Of a DNA stretch of 64,000 bases, positions 36,343-45,499 are shown one piece after another. The position numbers and the translations under genes were made by a program. The DNA is from an uncultured Rickettsiales bacterium (lineage in GTDB: Bacteria > Myxococcota_A > UBA796 > UBA9615), in the NCBI GenBank assembly GCA_964490445.1, contig CAZBDA010000010.1, positions 7,830 through 71,829 on the forward strand, in the 5' to 3' direction. Position 1 is the stretch's first letter, and every line of letters starts with the position of its first letter. The notes under the pieces were generated by a model that was not told the DNA's origin, did no database searches, and saw only the letters and a list, made by a program, of their open reading frames with translations.

Positions 36343-38001
36343 CTAGTGGTCACTCTCGAGGAGGCCGTGCTTGACCATCCAGGCCAGTAGGAACGACGCG
36401 CGCCACGGCGAGTGAGGGTAGATGGTCTCGGCCAGAGTTCTCTCCAGGTGGTCGAACTCCGTGGCTTCCGCCGTCAGCTGCAGAGCGCTCATCACGGCGT
36501 GGCCGTCGAAGATGTTGGTCAGCTCGGGATAGATGGGATAGGCATTTTCCTGCTGGCAGCAGGCGTCCGCCAGTGCGGATCGCTTTACGCGTCGTGCGCC
36601 GTTGCGAACGGTGGTGGGGTAGTGGCCGAAGACTTGCTGGAAGTCCATGATCAGCGGGTGCCTGCTGGCCGGCTGGCGGGTAAACGGACGCGTCGCCAGC
36701 CTGTTCCAGACGGTTTCGTACTGGGGGATCACCCGGCTCCAGTCATACAGTGTGCGCGCTCGGGCCCGCCCGGCTTCGCCCATCGTCCGTCTTCGCGGCT
36801 CATCCTGGTACAGCGAAGTCATCGCGTCGGCCAACTCGTTGAGGTCGACCTCGATGCTTTGTCCGAGGAACAGGTGCAATGGGCGCTGGTAAAGCAGCGG
36901 CCCCAGCTCGGAAACCCGCTCCATGTCGGCGTTCCAATGGGTGGCGACGCGGATGCCCACCTCGGCAGGAACGGTGTCCTTGTAGCCATTCAGGTCGGCG
37001 GCGACGATGGCCAGTCCGGCTGCCATCGCTTCGATCACGGTGATGCCGAAGGTCTCCTGGGGATTGTCCGACGGTGCGATGAACAGGTCGGCAGCAGAGA
37101 GCAGGCCAGCCTTCTCCTGTTCGGGGAAATCGACTCGCAGGGTTAACTGGTCGGCCAGTCCCAACCCCTGCGCCCAGAGTTCCAGCATTTCGGGGGTCTT
37201 GGTGCCCTGGCGAGCACCGGCAAGCAGAAGCCAGGGTGTGCGCCCGTCCGTTCCGACCGCCTCTTTGAAGCTGGCGAAGGCCGACAGGACCGGGAAGATG
37301 TCCATTTTGTCGAACTCGGTGAAGCGCGCCATGCTCAGCACCACGAAGGCGTCGTCCGGGATGCCGAGTTCGCGGCGCACTGCTGTGCCGTCGCCACCGT
37401 CGAGTTCATCGCAGGAGATGCCCAGGGGTACGACGGGCAGTTCCCACTGGGGCGCGGTCAGTGCCAGGCCCTCGCCGGCAAGCCCCTCCCGAACGCTGGT
37501 GAAACATCGCTCGAGCACCTCTTTGCCGGGCCCGCTGGAACAGAACACGGCATCGGTTGCGCTCGGCCGTGCCAGGCAGGTGTTCAGGTAGTTGGTCATC
37601 ATGTCGGGGTAGCTGAGTGAGTGGATCTGGCCGGTCACGGGAACGGCTTCGTTGGCGTAGCGATTCCGTAGGACGATCAGCGGCCCCATCTGCTCGGCGT
37701 GGGAGTTCTGGTGGATCACCGAGATCTCACCGCGGGAGAGGGCTTCGGGTAGATCCAGCAGGTTACGGACCACGATGCGATCGACGAGGTCGGACTCGTA
37801 GCCTTTGAGGAGGCCGCTCACGCCCTCGATGTCGGTGTTCTCGCCTACGAAGAAGCAGTAACGGTCGAAGCTCCCATAGCGAATCATCGCGCGCAGGAAG
37901 GAAGTGTTCGCGACCTTGCGGCCGACCAGGATGTCGTTCCCCTGGCCGGGTGCACTGACAAATGAACCGGGCCGGGCAAAGGCGGCGAGCGTGCGAGTCA
38001 C
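36343..38001 (-). CDS. Glycosyltransferase family 1 (GT4-like)
   Basis: C-terminal GT-B motif DLFIAPSDNPQETFGITVIEAMAAGLAIVAADLNGYKDTV (E-x7-E type). ATGA overlap with the rnd stop. Confidence 0.75.
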   Translation of the reverse strand: MTRTLAAFARPGSFVSAPGQGNDILVGRKVANTSFLRAMIRYGSFDRYCFFVGENTDIEGVSGLLKGYESDLVDRIVVRNLLDLPEALSRGEISVIHQNSHAEQMGPLIVLRNRYANEAVPVTGQIHSLSYPDMMTNYLNTCLARPSATDAVFCSSGPGKEVLERCFTSVREGLAGEGLALTAPQWELPVVPLGISCDELDGGDGTAVRRELGIPDDAFVVLSMARFTEFDKMDIFPVLSAFASFKEAVGTDGRTPWLLLAGARQGTKTPEMLELWAQGLGLADQLTLRVDFPEQEKAGLLSAADLFIAPSDNPQETFGITVIEAMAAGLAIVAADLNGYKDTVPAEVGIRVATHWNADMERVSELGPLLYQRPLHLFLGQSIEVDLNELADAMTSLYQDEPRRRTMGEAGRARARTLYDWSRVIPQYETVWNRLATRPFTRQPASRHPLIMDFQQVFGHYPTTVRNGARRVKRSALADACCQQENAYPIYPELTNIFDGHAVMSALQLTAEATEFDHLERTLAETIYPHSPWRASFLLAWMVKHGLLESDH

Positions 38002-39335
38002 TCGGCGGCCTCGGACGGCTTATCGGGGGTGGAGGAGGCGGTGCTGGCGCCGCTGCTGTCGGTCTGCCCTTCTCCCCTGCCTTTGCCACGGCCTCGTCGT
38101 CGTCGCCGCCGTTTCCCGCTCCCGGGCTCGCCTGCCTGCTCGGCCTTTGCCTTTCGGGCCGCCTTCCACGTGCTGACCTCTTCGACCAGTTCGTCGCCGA
38201 ACGCCTTGACCTGCCAGCGTCGGATCTCGACGATCCGCGATAGCTCCGACGCTTCTTTTGGTTGCAGCGCTGCGACGCCCTTGAGGACGGTGTTGTTGAC
38301 GATCATCCCGGGGCCGAGTTTCTCGTCTTCGGCCCGCTTGTTGCGCCACTGGCGCAGGTGGGCGAGCAGCGGCTCGTTGTCGCGGGTAAAGGGTGGCAGG
38401 TTGCTCTGTTCCTTCTTGGCGCGCGTCTTGGTCGGAGCGGGCGGCGGGCTCTTGTCGCTGGTTCCGGTGCGGACGGCGGCCAGCACTTCGCGGCAGTAAC
38501 GGCGCACCAGGTGATGGTTCTCGCCGAGGGCCTTCTGCATTGCAGCCTTGTCGGTAGGGGCGCATGCCGCCACCTTCAGACAGGAGTCGTTGGACCAGAC
38601 CTTGAAAGAGGGACGATTTCGTTCGTGGGCAAATTTGTCGCGCAGACTGCAGATGGCTCGAAGAACCCGCAACTGGTCTGCATCGAGCTTGCTCGCCCCC
38701 TTGATTCGGATGCAGTCGTCCGGTTGGTAGGCGCGGCCCGTCCACTCGCGCGACTCGAGCAGGGAGAACTCTTCCTCCAGCATCTCGGTACGGTCGCGCT
38801 CCCTGCCTTCGCTTGCCAACAACTTCATCAGTGTCGGCAGGTAGTGGGAGTCGAGTCGCGCGTAGTCGAGGTGTTCTTCCTTGAGGGGTCGTGATGACCA
38901 ATCGTGACGCTGGTACCTCTTGTTCAGTGTGACGCCGAAGTAGTTCTGTACCAGGTCGAACAGGCCGAACCGTTCGTGCCCTACGGCCTGGGCAGCGATC
39001 ATCGTGTCGAAGATGTTGCAGAATCGGAATCCGAAGTCGCGCTTCATGCTCACGATGTCGAAGTCTGCGCCATGGAAGATCTTGATGGTGTCGGGATTCT
39101 CCATTAGCGGCGCCAGTGGACTGAGATCGCGGACGGTCAGCGGATCGATGATGTAGTCGGGTCCGGTGTTGCCGGTGATTTGCACGAGGCAGCAGGACTC
39201 GCGGTAGGAGAACAACGAGTCGCTCTCGGTGTCGATGCCAAGTACGGTCGCCGACTCCAGTGCTGTCAGCACCTCGCCGAGCTCGGCGTCGCTGGTGATG
39301 TACCGGTAGCCGTGGTCGGCGACTTCGACTGTCAT
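37998..39335 (-). CDS. rnd: Ribonuclease D (DEDDy 3'-5' exonuclease + HRDC domains) with basic C-terminal tail
   Basis: LGIDTESDSLFSYRE (Exo I), KIFHGADFDIV (Exo II), HYLPTLMKLL (Exo III Y). HRDC-like LDADQLRVLRAICSLRDKFA. The first ~160 aa of the table ORF (to 39818) overlap cdd and are not coding. ATG 39335 overlaps the cdd TGA. Confidence 0.8.
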   Translation of the reverse strand: MTVEVADHGYRYITSDAELGEVLTALESATVLGIDTESDSLFSYRESCCLVQITGNTGPDYIIDPLTVRDLSPLAPLMENPDTIKIFHGADFDIVSMKRDFGFRFCNIFDTMIAAQAVGHERFGLFDLVQNYFGVTLNKRYQRHDWSSRPLKEEHLDYARLDSHYLPTLMKLLASEGRERDRTEMLEEEFSLLESREWTGRAYQPDDCIRIKGASKLDADQLRVLRAICSLRDKFAHERNRPSFKVWSNDSCLKVAACAPTDKAAMQKALGENHHLVRRYCREVLAAVRTGTSDKSPPPAPTKTRAKKEQSNLPPFTRDNEPLLAHLRQWRNKRAEDEKLGPGMIVNNTVLKGVAALQPKEASELSRIVEIRRWQVKAFGDELVEEVSTWKAARKAKAEQAGEPGSGKRRRRRRGRGKGRGEGQTDSSGASTASSTPDKPSEAAE

Positions 39336-39769
39336 TCTTCTGTCGGACTCTCGGCAGACTTTTCGGCTGCGGCCAGTTCGCGTGGGCCAAAGCCCCACGG
39401 CATGAGTTCCTGCACCGACGCCGTGCGCTGGTCGCCGTTCAGGTTGGCCATGAGGACCATTGCTTCGGACGCAAAGTCGACCATGAACTGTCGGCAGGCA
39501 CCACAGGGGCCTGGGGCATCCTGGGTGGCGCAAACCACTGCAACTTCGGAGATCTCGCGTTCGCCGCTGTGAATGGCGATGCACAGGGCGAGCCTCTCGG
39601 CGCAAATGGTCAGGCCGTAAGAAGAGCTCTCGACGTTTGAGCCGGTGTAGATCTTGCCCGATGCGCCTCGGACGGCAGCGCCAACCCGAAAGCGTGAGAA
39701 CGGCGCGTGCGACCGTGCCCGCGCCGTGATCGCTGCTTCGAGCAGTTCCTGCAGGCTCGCGTCGCTCAT
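39332..39769 (-). CDS. cdd: Cytidine deaminase
   Basis: CAERLALC and PCGACRQ zinc-binding motifs. ATG 39769 overlaps the punA stop (ATGA). Confidence 0.8.
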   Translation of the reverse strand: MSDASLQELLEAAITARARSHAPFSRFRVGAAVRGASGKIYTGSNVESSSYGLTICAERLALCIAIHSGEREISEVAVVCATQDAPGPCGACRQFMVDFASEAMVLMANLNGDQRTASVQELMPWGFGPRELAAAEKSAESPTEE

Positions 39770-40623
39770 GACTCGCCCCACCAGGACGGGCGGCTTGCGG
39801 CCAGGCAGCGGAGTACACTGACGAACCCGGCGGTTGCCTGCTGACCTGCTACAGCCACCTCTTCGTGGCTGAGTATCTGTTCCTCGCCACCGGTGCCCGC
39901 AGCGGCGTTGGAGATGAGCGAGATACCCGCTATGCGCGTGCCCATGTGGCGTCCCGCGATGGCCTCGAGAACGGTGCTCATGCCGACGACGTCGGCGCCG
40001 AGAGTAGCCATCATGCGGATCTCAGCAGGAGTCTCGTAGCTTGGGCCCAGTACTCCTACGTAGACCCCCTCCTTGACCGCAACTCCGGTGGTACGTCCGG
40101 CGGCGACAAGGGCCGCGGTGATCGACGGGTCCCAGGCGCGAGTGAGGTCGGGGAAGCGCGGTCCCAGGGCGCTGTTGTTGCGTCCCTGCAATGGATTTCG
40201 GCCCGTGAGGTTGATGTGGTCGGTGATCGCCATAAGGTCACCTACCCGGAGGCTCGGCGTGATGCCTCCTGCCGAGTTGGTGATGAGCACGGCCTCGGCT
40301 CCCGCACCGGCAAGGACTCGCATCCCGTGCACGGCTTCATCGGCGGTGTAGCCCTCGTACAGGTGGACGCGTCCCCGCAGAACGACCACGGTCATGCCAT
40401 CGAGGGCGCCAACGCAGATGCTGCCCGTGTGACCGGCAACCGATGGCAGTGCGAAGCCGGGGATCTCCGAGTAAGGAAGTTCGCGCAAGTCGTCGAGTTC
40501 GGTGGCCACGCCGCCGAGGCCAGAGCCCAGAATCAGGCCGAGGAACTCGCCGTTGGCGATTCGCTCGTCCCATTGACGAAGCGCTGTTATCGACTCGTTG
40601 ATGCTGTCCTCGACGTTGCTCAT
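39766..40623 (-). CDS. punA: Purine nucleoside phosphorylase (PNP-I family)
   Basis: GSGLGGVA phosphate loop, HLYEGY, VGMSTVLEAI, ISNAAAG. Typical trimeric-type PNP length. Confidence 0.85.
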   Translation of the reverse strand: MSNVEDSINESITALRQWDERIANGEFLGLILGSGLGGVATELDDLRELPYSEIPGFALPSVAGHTGSICVGALDGMTVVVLRGRVHLYEGYTADEAVHGMRVLAGAGAEAVLITNSAGGITPSLRVGDLMAITDHINLTGRNPLQGRNNSALGPRFPDLTRAWDPSITAALVAAGRTTGVAVKEGVYVGVLGPSYETPAEIRMMATLGADVVGMSTVLEAIAGRHMGTRIAGISLISNAAAGTGGEEQILSHEEVAVAGQQATAGFVSVLRCLAASRPSWWGES

Positions 40624-40653
40624 CTGCGTCCGTTCCCGGCTGGGGGGTGACCC

Positions 40654-42198
40654 TCAGCCCACAAGGGTTCCTGCGATGTTGGCAGTCAGAAATGCCGCGA
40701 GCGTGCCGGCGATCATTGCACGGAATCCCACCCGAGCGAGATCGCTGCGTCGATTTGGCGCGATTCCGCCAATTCCACCGAGTTGAATGCCGATGGATCC
40801 GAGGTTGGCAAAGCCGCAAAGAGCGTAGGTGACAATCACTGTGCTCCGATACGATAGCCCGGCAGCTGAATCGGCGAGTCGAAGGTAGGCGACGAACTCG
40901 TTGAGGATGGTCTTGATGCCGAGCAGCTCGCCGACGGCTGCGCACTCAGCAGCCGGAACCCCCATGGCCCAGGCCAGGGGCCAGAAGACATATCCGACCA
41001 GCACTTCGAGGGTCAGGTCCGGCAGGCCGACCAGGCCAGCCAGGGCGCCAATTCCACCGTTCAGCATCGCCACCAGGGCAAGGAAGGCGAGCAGCATTGC
41101 GGCGACGTTGAGCGCCAGCTTCATACCCTCGCCGGCGCCACGCGCCGCTGCGTCCAGGACGTTGATGTCGATCTTCTCGACGTGGATGGCGAGCTTGCCC
41201 TGGGTCTCGGGCACCTTCTCTTCGGGGAACATGATCTTCGCGACTACCAGGGCTGCGGGAGCGGACATGACTGAAGCCGCGATGAGGTGTCCGGCGATGT
41301 CGGGAAAGATGCCGCTGAGCATGCCGACATAGGCAGCCATAACCCCGCCTGCGACCGTCGCGAAGCCTCCGGTCATTACCGCGTTGAGTTCCGAGTCGGT
41401 CATCTTCTCGATGAAGGGTCGTACCACCAGTGGCGCCTCGGTCTGGCCGACAAAAATGTTGGCCGCCGCCGACAGGCTCTCGGCACCCGATGTCCCCATG
41501 GTCCGCAGCATTACGAATGCCATGCCGCGCACCAGAAGCTGCATGACTCCCAGGTGGTAGAGGATGGCCATCAACGCCGAGAAGAAGATGATGGTTGGCA
41601 GCACATTGAAGGCGAAAAACGCACCGGTCGATGCGACCATCTCCATGCCCTGCTCCGTTGCGGCTGGCGGAGGCTGCAGTTGCGCCATGGGGGCAGCCGG
41701 GTCGCGCAGCCCGACGGGTACCTGGTGGTCGACCAGCCCACCGAAGATGAAGCGCGATCCCTCGGTGGTGTAGCCGAGCAGCGTCATCACCAGGTCATTG
41801 AGTCTTGCGAACAGCCACTTGCCGGGCCCGGTCTTGAGTACCAGCAGCGCAAACAGGAACTGCAGGCCGAGACCCCAGCCGATGACTCGCCACGGGATCA
41901 CCCTGCGGTTGTTGGACATGGCCCAGGCGAGCAGGAGCAGCAGGGCGATCCCGAACAGGGACTGCAGGCGGGCCGTCAGCGGCACGGGCTCGCGGGTTTT
42001 TCCTTCGAGGGCGGAACTGAGGCCGGTGGCCGCGGAAGGCTCGGCTTCGACGACTGTTGCCGGTGTCTCGACGGCTGAACTGTCCTCGCCGGGCGGGGCG
42101 GGTGCTGCGCTGTCGTCTGCTTGAGCCGAGATCCATCCCGCGGAGAGCATGAGCAGGACGCCCAGGGCGAGGCCCGTGACGATGGGGTGCCGCATCAT
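40654..42198 (-). CDS. nupC: Concentrative nucleoside transporter, NupC/CNT family (with N-terminal signal-peptide-like extension)
   Basis: Core begins LQSLFGIALLLLLAWAMSNNRRVIPWRVIGWGLGLQFLFALLVLK, as recalled for the NupC N-terminus. The ATG at 42198 overlaps the deoA stop (ATGA) and adds 71 aa (signal peptide plus acidic Pro/Ala linker). Alternative GTG start at 41985. Confidence 0.8.
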   Translation of the reverse strand: MMRHPIVTGLALGVLLMLSAGWISAQADDSAAPAPPGEDSSAVETPATVVEAEPSAATGLSSALEGKTREPVPLTARLQSLFGIALLLLLAWAMSNNRRVIPWRVIGWGLGLQFLFALLVLKTGPGKWLFARLNDLVMTLLGYTTEGSRFIFGGLVDHQVPVGLRDPAAPMAQLQPPPAATEQGMEMVASTGAFFAFNVLPTIIFFSALMAILYHLGVMQLLVRGMAFVMLRTMGTSGAESLSAAANIFVGQTEAPLVVRPFIEKMTDSELNAVMTGGFATVAGGVMAAYVGMLSGIFPDIAGHLIAASVMSAPAALVVAKIMFPEEKVPETQGKLAIHVEKIDINVLDAAARGAGEGMKLALNVAAMLLAFLALVAMLNGGIGALAGLVGLPDLTLEVLVGYVFWPLAWAMGVPAAECAAVGELLGIKTILNEFVAYLRLADSAAGLSYRSTVIVTYALCGFANLGSIGIQLGGIGGIAPNRRSDLARVGFRAMIAGTLAAFLTANIAGTLVG

Positions 42199-43520
42199 GT
42201 CGAGGCTTCCACCCGGTCGATGAGCAGCAGCGGCGCTGCCACTGGCTCGGGGACAATGCGTAATGCCCGGTAGGCGATGCTTTCGGCCTTCTCGACACCG
42301 CGGCCAGCGCGGTGAAGCAGGCGAGCCCAGGGTTGTCCCGCCCGTACCTTTGCTCCTTGCTGCAGCTCCAGGTTGATTCCAACGCCCGGGTCGGGCGCGG
42401 CACCGTCGGAACCTCGGCCGCCGCCGAGTTCTGCAGCGGCCAGGCCGATGTCCAGGGCATCCAGAGCCTCGACCCAGCCGTCGCTTGGAGCGAGCAGCAC
42501 CTTCTCTTCGGTATCCGCGAGTCCTTCGAGGAGCCCGGGGTCGTCGACCGCTCGCGGGTCGCCACCCTGTGCTTCGACCATCTGCCGGAAGGTGTGCAGC
42601 GCGGTGCCGCTGTCGAGTGCGGCCTCGAGCCGTTGGCGCAGTCCGCTGACTTCTCGTTCGTGACCCGAGGCGAGGATCGCTGCTTCGCCGAGGTCCAGGA
42701 CCAGAGTCCGCAGGTCGGAAGGGCCGCCCCCGCGCAATGAGTCGATGCTCTCGCGTACTTCGTTGGCGTTGCCGACAGCCAGCCCCAACGGCGCCTCCAT
42801 GCGGGTGAGCAGGGCGGCCGTGCGTCGGTCAGCACCCTCGCCAATGGCCACCATGACCTCTGCGAGTTGGCGCGCATCGGCTTCGGTCTTCATGAACGCG
42901 CCGCGCCCGACCTTGACGTCGAGGATCAAGGTCGCCGCTCCTTCGGCCAGCTTCTTGCTGAGGATGGACGGAGCAATGTGGTCGATGCTGGGCACGGTCG
43001 CCGTGCGGGATCGAAGGTCATAGAGCGTGCGGTCCGCCGGTACCAGGTCGGCGGTCTGGCCGGTGATGACACAGCCGACGCTGGATACGACCTTGTTCAT
43101 CTCGGTGCTACTGAGGTCGGTACGGTAGCCGGGGATTGCCTCGAGCTTGTCGAGGGTGCCACCGGTGTGTCCGAGTCCGCGACCGGAGATCATCGGCACC
43201 GCGTAGCCCACAGCTGCCATCAGCGGTGCCCACACCAGCGAGACCTTGTCGCCGACGCCGCCGGTGCTGTGCTTGTCGATCGTCGGCCGGTCGAGGTGGT
43301 CCCAGCACAGGATCTCGCCGCTGTTCATCATCGCCAGGGCGTACCCGGTCCGTTCGGACTCGCTCATCCCACGCACGAAGATCGCCATCAACAGGGCCGC
43401 CAATTGTTCTTCGGTGGCGCTGCTGCTTGCGGCGGCGGCTACGAACTGGTGCAGTTCTGCTGGGCTTAACTCGCCCCCGTCGCGCTTCTTGGCGATGAGA
43501 TCGCGCAGGTCCGTCGGCAT
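42195..43520 (-). CDS. deoA: Thymidine/pyrimidine-nucleoside phosphorylase
   Basis: LRDLIAKKRDGGELS, HSTGGVGDKVSL, GRGLGHTGGTLDKLEAIPGY: hallmark motifs. Confidence 0.85.
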   Translation of the reverse strand: MPTDLRDLIAKKRDGGELSPAELHQFVAAAASSSATEEQLAALLMAIFVRGMSESERTGYALAMMNSGEILCWDHLDRPTIDKHSTGGVGDKVSLVWAPLMAAVGYAVPMISGRGLGHTGGTLDKLEAIPGYRTDLSSTEMNKVVSSVGCVITGQTADLVPADRTLYDLRSRTATVPSIDHIAPSILSKKLAEGAATLILDVKVGRGAFMKTEADARQLAEVMVAIGEGADRRTAALLTRMEAPLGLAVGNANEVRESIDSLRGGGPSDLRTLVLDLGEAAILASGHEREVSGLRQRLEAALDSGTALHTFRQMVEAQGGDPRAVDDPGLLEGLADTEEKVLLAPSDGWVEALDALDIGLAAAELGGGRGSDGAAPDPGVGINLELQQGAKVRAGQPWARLLHRAGRGVEKAESIAYRALRIVPEPVAAPLLLIDRVEAST

Positions 43521-43525
43521 GAAGT

Positions 43526-44377
43526 TCAGTAGTCGCCTGTGCCTTGACCGCCCGTGACTACAGCGACCGAGGACGACGCCCCGAGTCGGTCCGCACCGGC
43601 CTCGATCATCTCCCAGGCATCTTCGTGCGTGCGGACGCCGCCGCTGGCCTTGACCTGCATTCCGCTGCCACCGACCACCCGCTTCATCAGCCGGACGTCT
43701 TCTATGGTGGCGCCGCCGCCGCCGAAGCCGGTGCTCGTCTTGACGAAGGCGGCCTTCGCCTCACGGGAAAGGACGCAGGCAGCGACCTTCTCCTCGTCCG
43801 TGAGCTTGCTGGTCTCGAGGATGACCTTCAGCGGGTAGGGCTTGCTCGCTTCTACCGTCGTGATCAGGTCCTCGAGTACGGCCTCGTAGTCACCAGACTT
43901 GAGCGCGCCGATGTTGATGACGGTGTCAATTTCGCGGGCGCCCAGCTTGATGGCTTCCTGCGCTTCGAAGGCCTTGACCTGTGGCAGCGAGGCTCCCAGC
44001 GGGAAGCCGACCACGCAGATGGGTACGGTCTGGCTGCCGCGCAGCAGGTCGGCGCAGAGGGCAACGTTCGAAGAGTTGATGCAGACCGAGTAGAAGTTGT
44101 GGCGCTTCGCCTCTTCGCACAATCGCACCACCTGTTCGCGGGTCGCGTCGGGCTTGAGCAGGGTGTGGTCGATGCGTCGGGCAACGCGACTGTCGGAGCG
44201 GCCGGCAGCATGGATCAGCTGGGTGGGGACAAGAGTTGCGTTGCTGTTCCAACCGCCGCCGTATTGCACCTTGAACAGGGGGTCATCCCCCAGGGCTGGT
44301 GGCCGACCACCTCCGAGCCGCTCCCGAACCCGTGCCACCAGCAGGTCGACCAACTCGTCCATTTGCCTCGAATTCAT
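43526..44377 (-). CDS. deoC: Deoxyribose-phosphate aldolase (with ~55-aa N-terminal extension)
   Basis: IDHTLLKPDAT, VCVVGFPLGAS, Schiff-base region FVKTSTGF. 5 nt upstream of deoA. Confidence 0.8.
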   Translation of the reverse strand: MNSRQMDELVDLLVARVRERLGGGRPPALGDDPLFKVQYGGGWNSNATLVPTQLIHAAGRSDSRVARRIDHTLLKPDATREQVVRLCEEAKRHNFYSVCINSSNVALCADLLRGSQTVPICVVGFPLGASLPQVKAFEAQEAIKLGAREIDTVINIGALKSGDYEAVLEDLITTVEASKPYPLKVILETSKLTDEEKVAACVLSREAKAAFVKTSTGFGGGGATIEDVRLMKRVVGGSGMQVKASGGVRTHEDAWEMIEAGADRLGASSSVAVVTGGQGTGDY

Positions 44378-44437
44378 GCGCGCGAGACTAGCACGGGTCG
44401 TCGATCAGCGCCGTTTCTGGGGCCTTGTTGCAGGGGG

Positions 44438-45169
44438 CTACTCGTCGAAGCGGCTGCGCATGATTGTCCACAGGGCGGCAACGCCATCCTTCCAGGTGAT
44501 CTTCTTGCCTTCAGCGTAGTCGCGACCGGAGTAGGAGATCGGCACTTCGTAGACCCGACAGCGTCGCGACGCAATGCGTGCGGTGAACTCCGGCTCGAAG
44601 CCGAACCGGTCCTGGCGCAGTTGCATATCGCTGATGATCTCGCGCCGGAAAGCCTTGTAGCAGGTCTCCATGTCCGTGAGGTTGAGGCCGGTCAGCACGT
44701 TACTCAGCATCGTCAGGAACCGATTGGCAAGGTAGTGGTGGTAGTTCAGGACCCGGTGCGGTCCGCCCAGGAATCGGCTGCCGTAGACCACGTCGGCTCG
44801 ACCATCGAGCAGTGGTTCGAGCAGCTTGCCGTAGTCCCGCGGGTCGTACTCGAGGTCGGCGTCCTGGATGAGGATGATGTCGCCGGTTGCGGCGCGAAAA
44901 CCAGTTCGAAGTGCTGCTCCCTTGCCCTGGTTGAACTCGTGCAGCAGCACCTGGACCTGTGGATGTTGCTCGGCGAGCCCGGCAATGAGCTCGCGGCTGC
45001 CGTCGGTACTGCCGTCGTCGATGAGCAGCACCTCCATGCGGTAGTCCTGTGCCAACACGCGACTCACCAACTCGGCGACGAAGTCCCGCTCGTTGAAGAC
45101 CGGAATGACGACACTCAGCAGAGGCGGGCTGTCCTTGCCGGTTGTGGTCTTGCTTCGGGCTTTGGCCAT
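44438..45169 (-). CDS. Glycosyltransferase family 2 (polyprenol-phosphate sugar transferase-like)
   Basis: LLSVVIPVFNE, LIDDGSTDGS, IILIQDADLEYDP (DxD). ATG 45169 shares 1 nt with the TusA-like gene's TGA. The table ORF's 100-aa Arg-rich N-terminus is not coding. Confidence 0.75.
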   Translation of the reverse strand: MAKARSKTTTGKDSPPLLSVVIPVFNERDFVAELVSRVLAQDYRMEVLLIDDGSTDGSRELIAGLAEQHPQVQVLLHEFNQGKGAALRTGFRAATGDIILIQDADLEYDPRDYGKLLEPLLDGRADVVYGSRFLGGPHRVLNYHHYLANRFLTMLSNVLTGLNLTDMETCYKAFRREIISDMQLRQDRFGFEPEFTARIASRRCRVYEVPISYSGRDYAEGKKITWKDGVAALWTIMRSRFDE

Positions 45170-45432
45170 CAGCGAAGCCTTCGGATGCGGGTGGTGAAGA
45201 CCCCATCGCTGGTGTTGATTTCCAACAATTCCTGCCGGTTGGCGCTGCACCAATCTTCGAGGTCGCCCTCGACGCCGGGGTCGTCCGCGACCACCGTCAG
45301 CACCTCGCCGAGGCCCACCTTGCGGATGGCGCGGCCCGTCTTGATGATAGGAACCGGGCACAGCAGGCCCAGGCAGTCGAGCTGCCAGCGGCCGTCGTCG
45401 GTTCGGGACAGGGGCAGGGGAGTGGGGGGCAT
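45169..45432 (-). CDS. TusA/SirA-like sulfurtransferase family small protein
   Basis: 87 aa with a CPxP motif in DCLGLLCPVPIIKTG. ATG 45432 chosen within a longer table ORF. Confidence 0.6.
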   Translation of the reverse strand: MPPTPLPLSRTDDGRWQLDCLGLLCPVPIIKTGRAIRKVGLGEVLTVVADDPGVEGDLEDWCSANRQELLEINTSDGVFTTRIRRLR

Positions 45433-45499
45433 CGCGGCCACTGTAACAGCCCGCCGCCCCGGCCGAACAGGTCGCCAAGCGGAACGACGCTGGTCTACG

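Noticed and set aside
39336-39818. N-terminal 161 residues of table ORF 37998..39818
   Set aside because: These overlap the cytidine deaminase gene in another frame and are Arg/Pro-rich. The RNase D homology starts at MTVEVADHGYRY, whose ATG (39335) overlaps the cdd stop.
43544-45499. First ~650 codons of the 1283-aa plus-strand ORF 43544..47395
   Set aside because: This part is antisense to deoC, the GT2 gene and the TusA-like gene, all of which have strong family motifs. Its translation is Arg/Ala/Gly-rich low-complexity sequence, typical of high-GC antisense frames. Only the part from about 45500 has a signal peptide and domain-like sequence.
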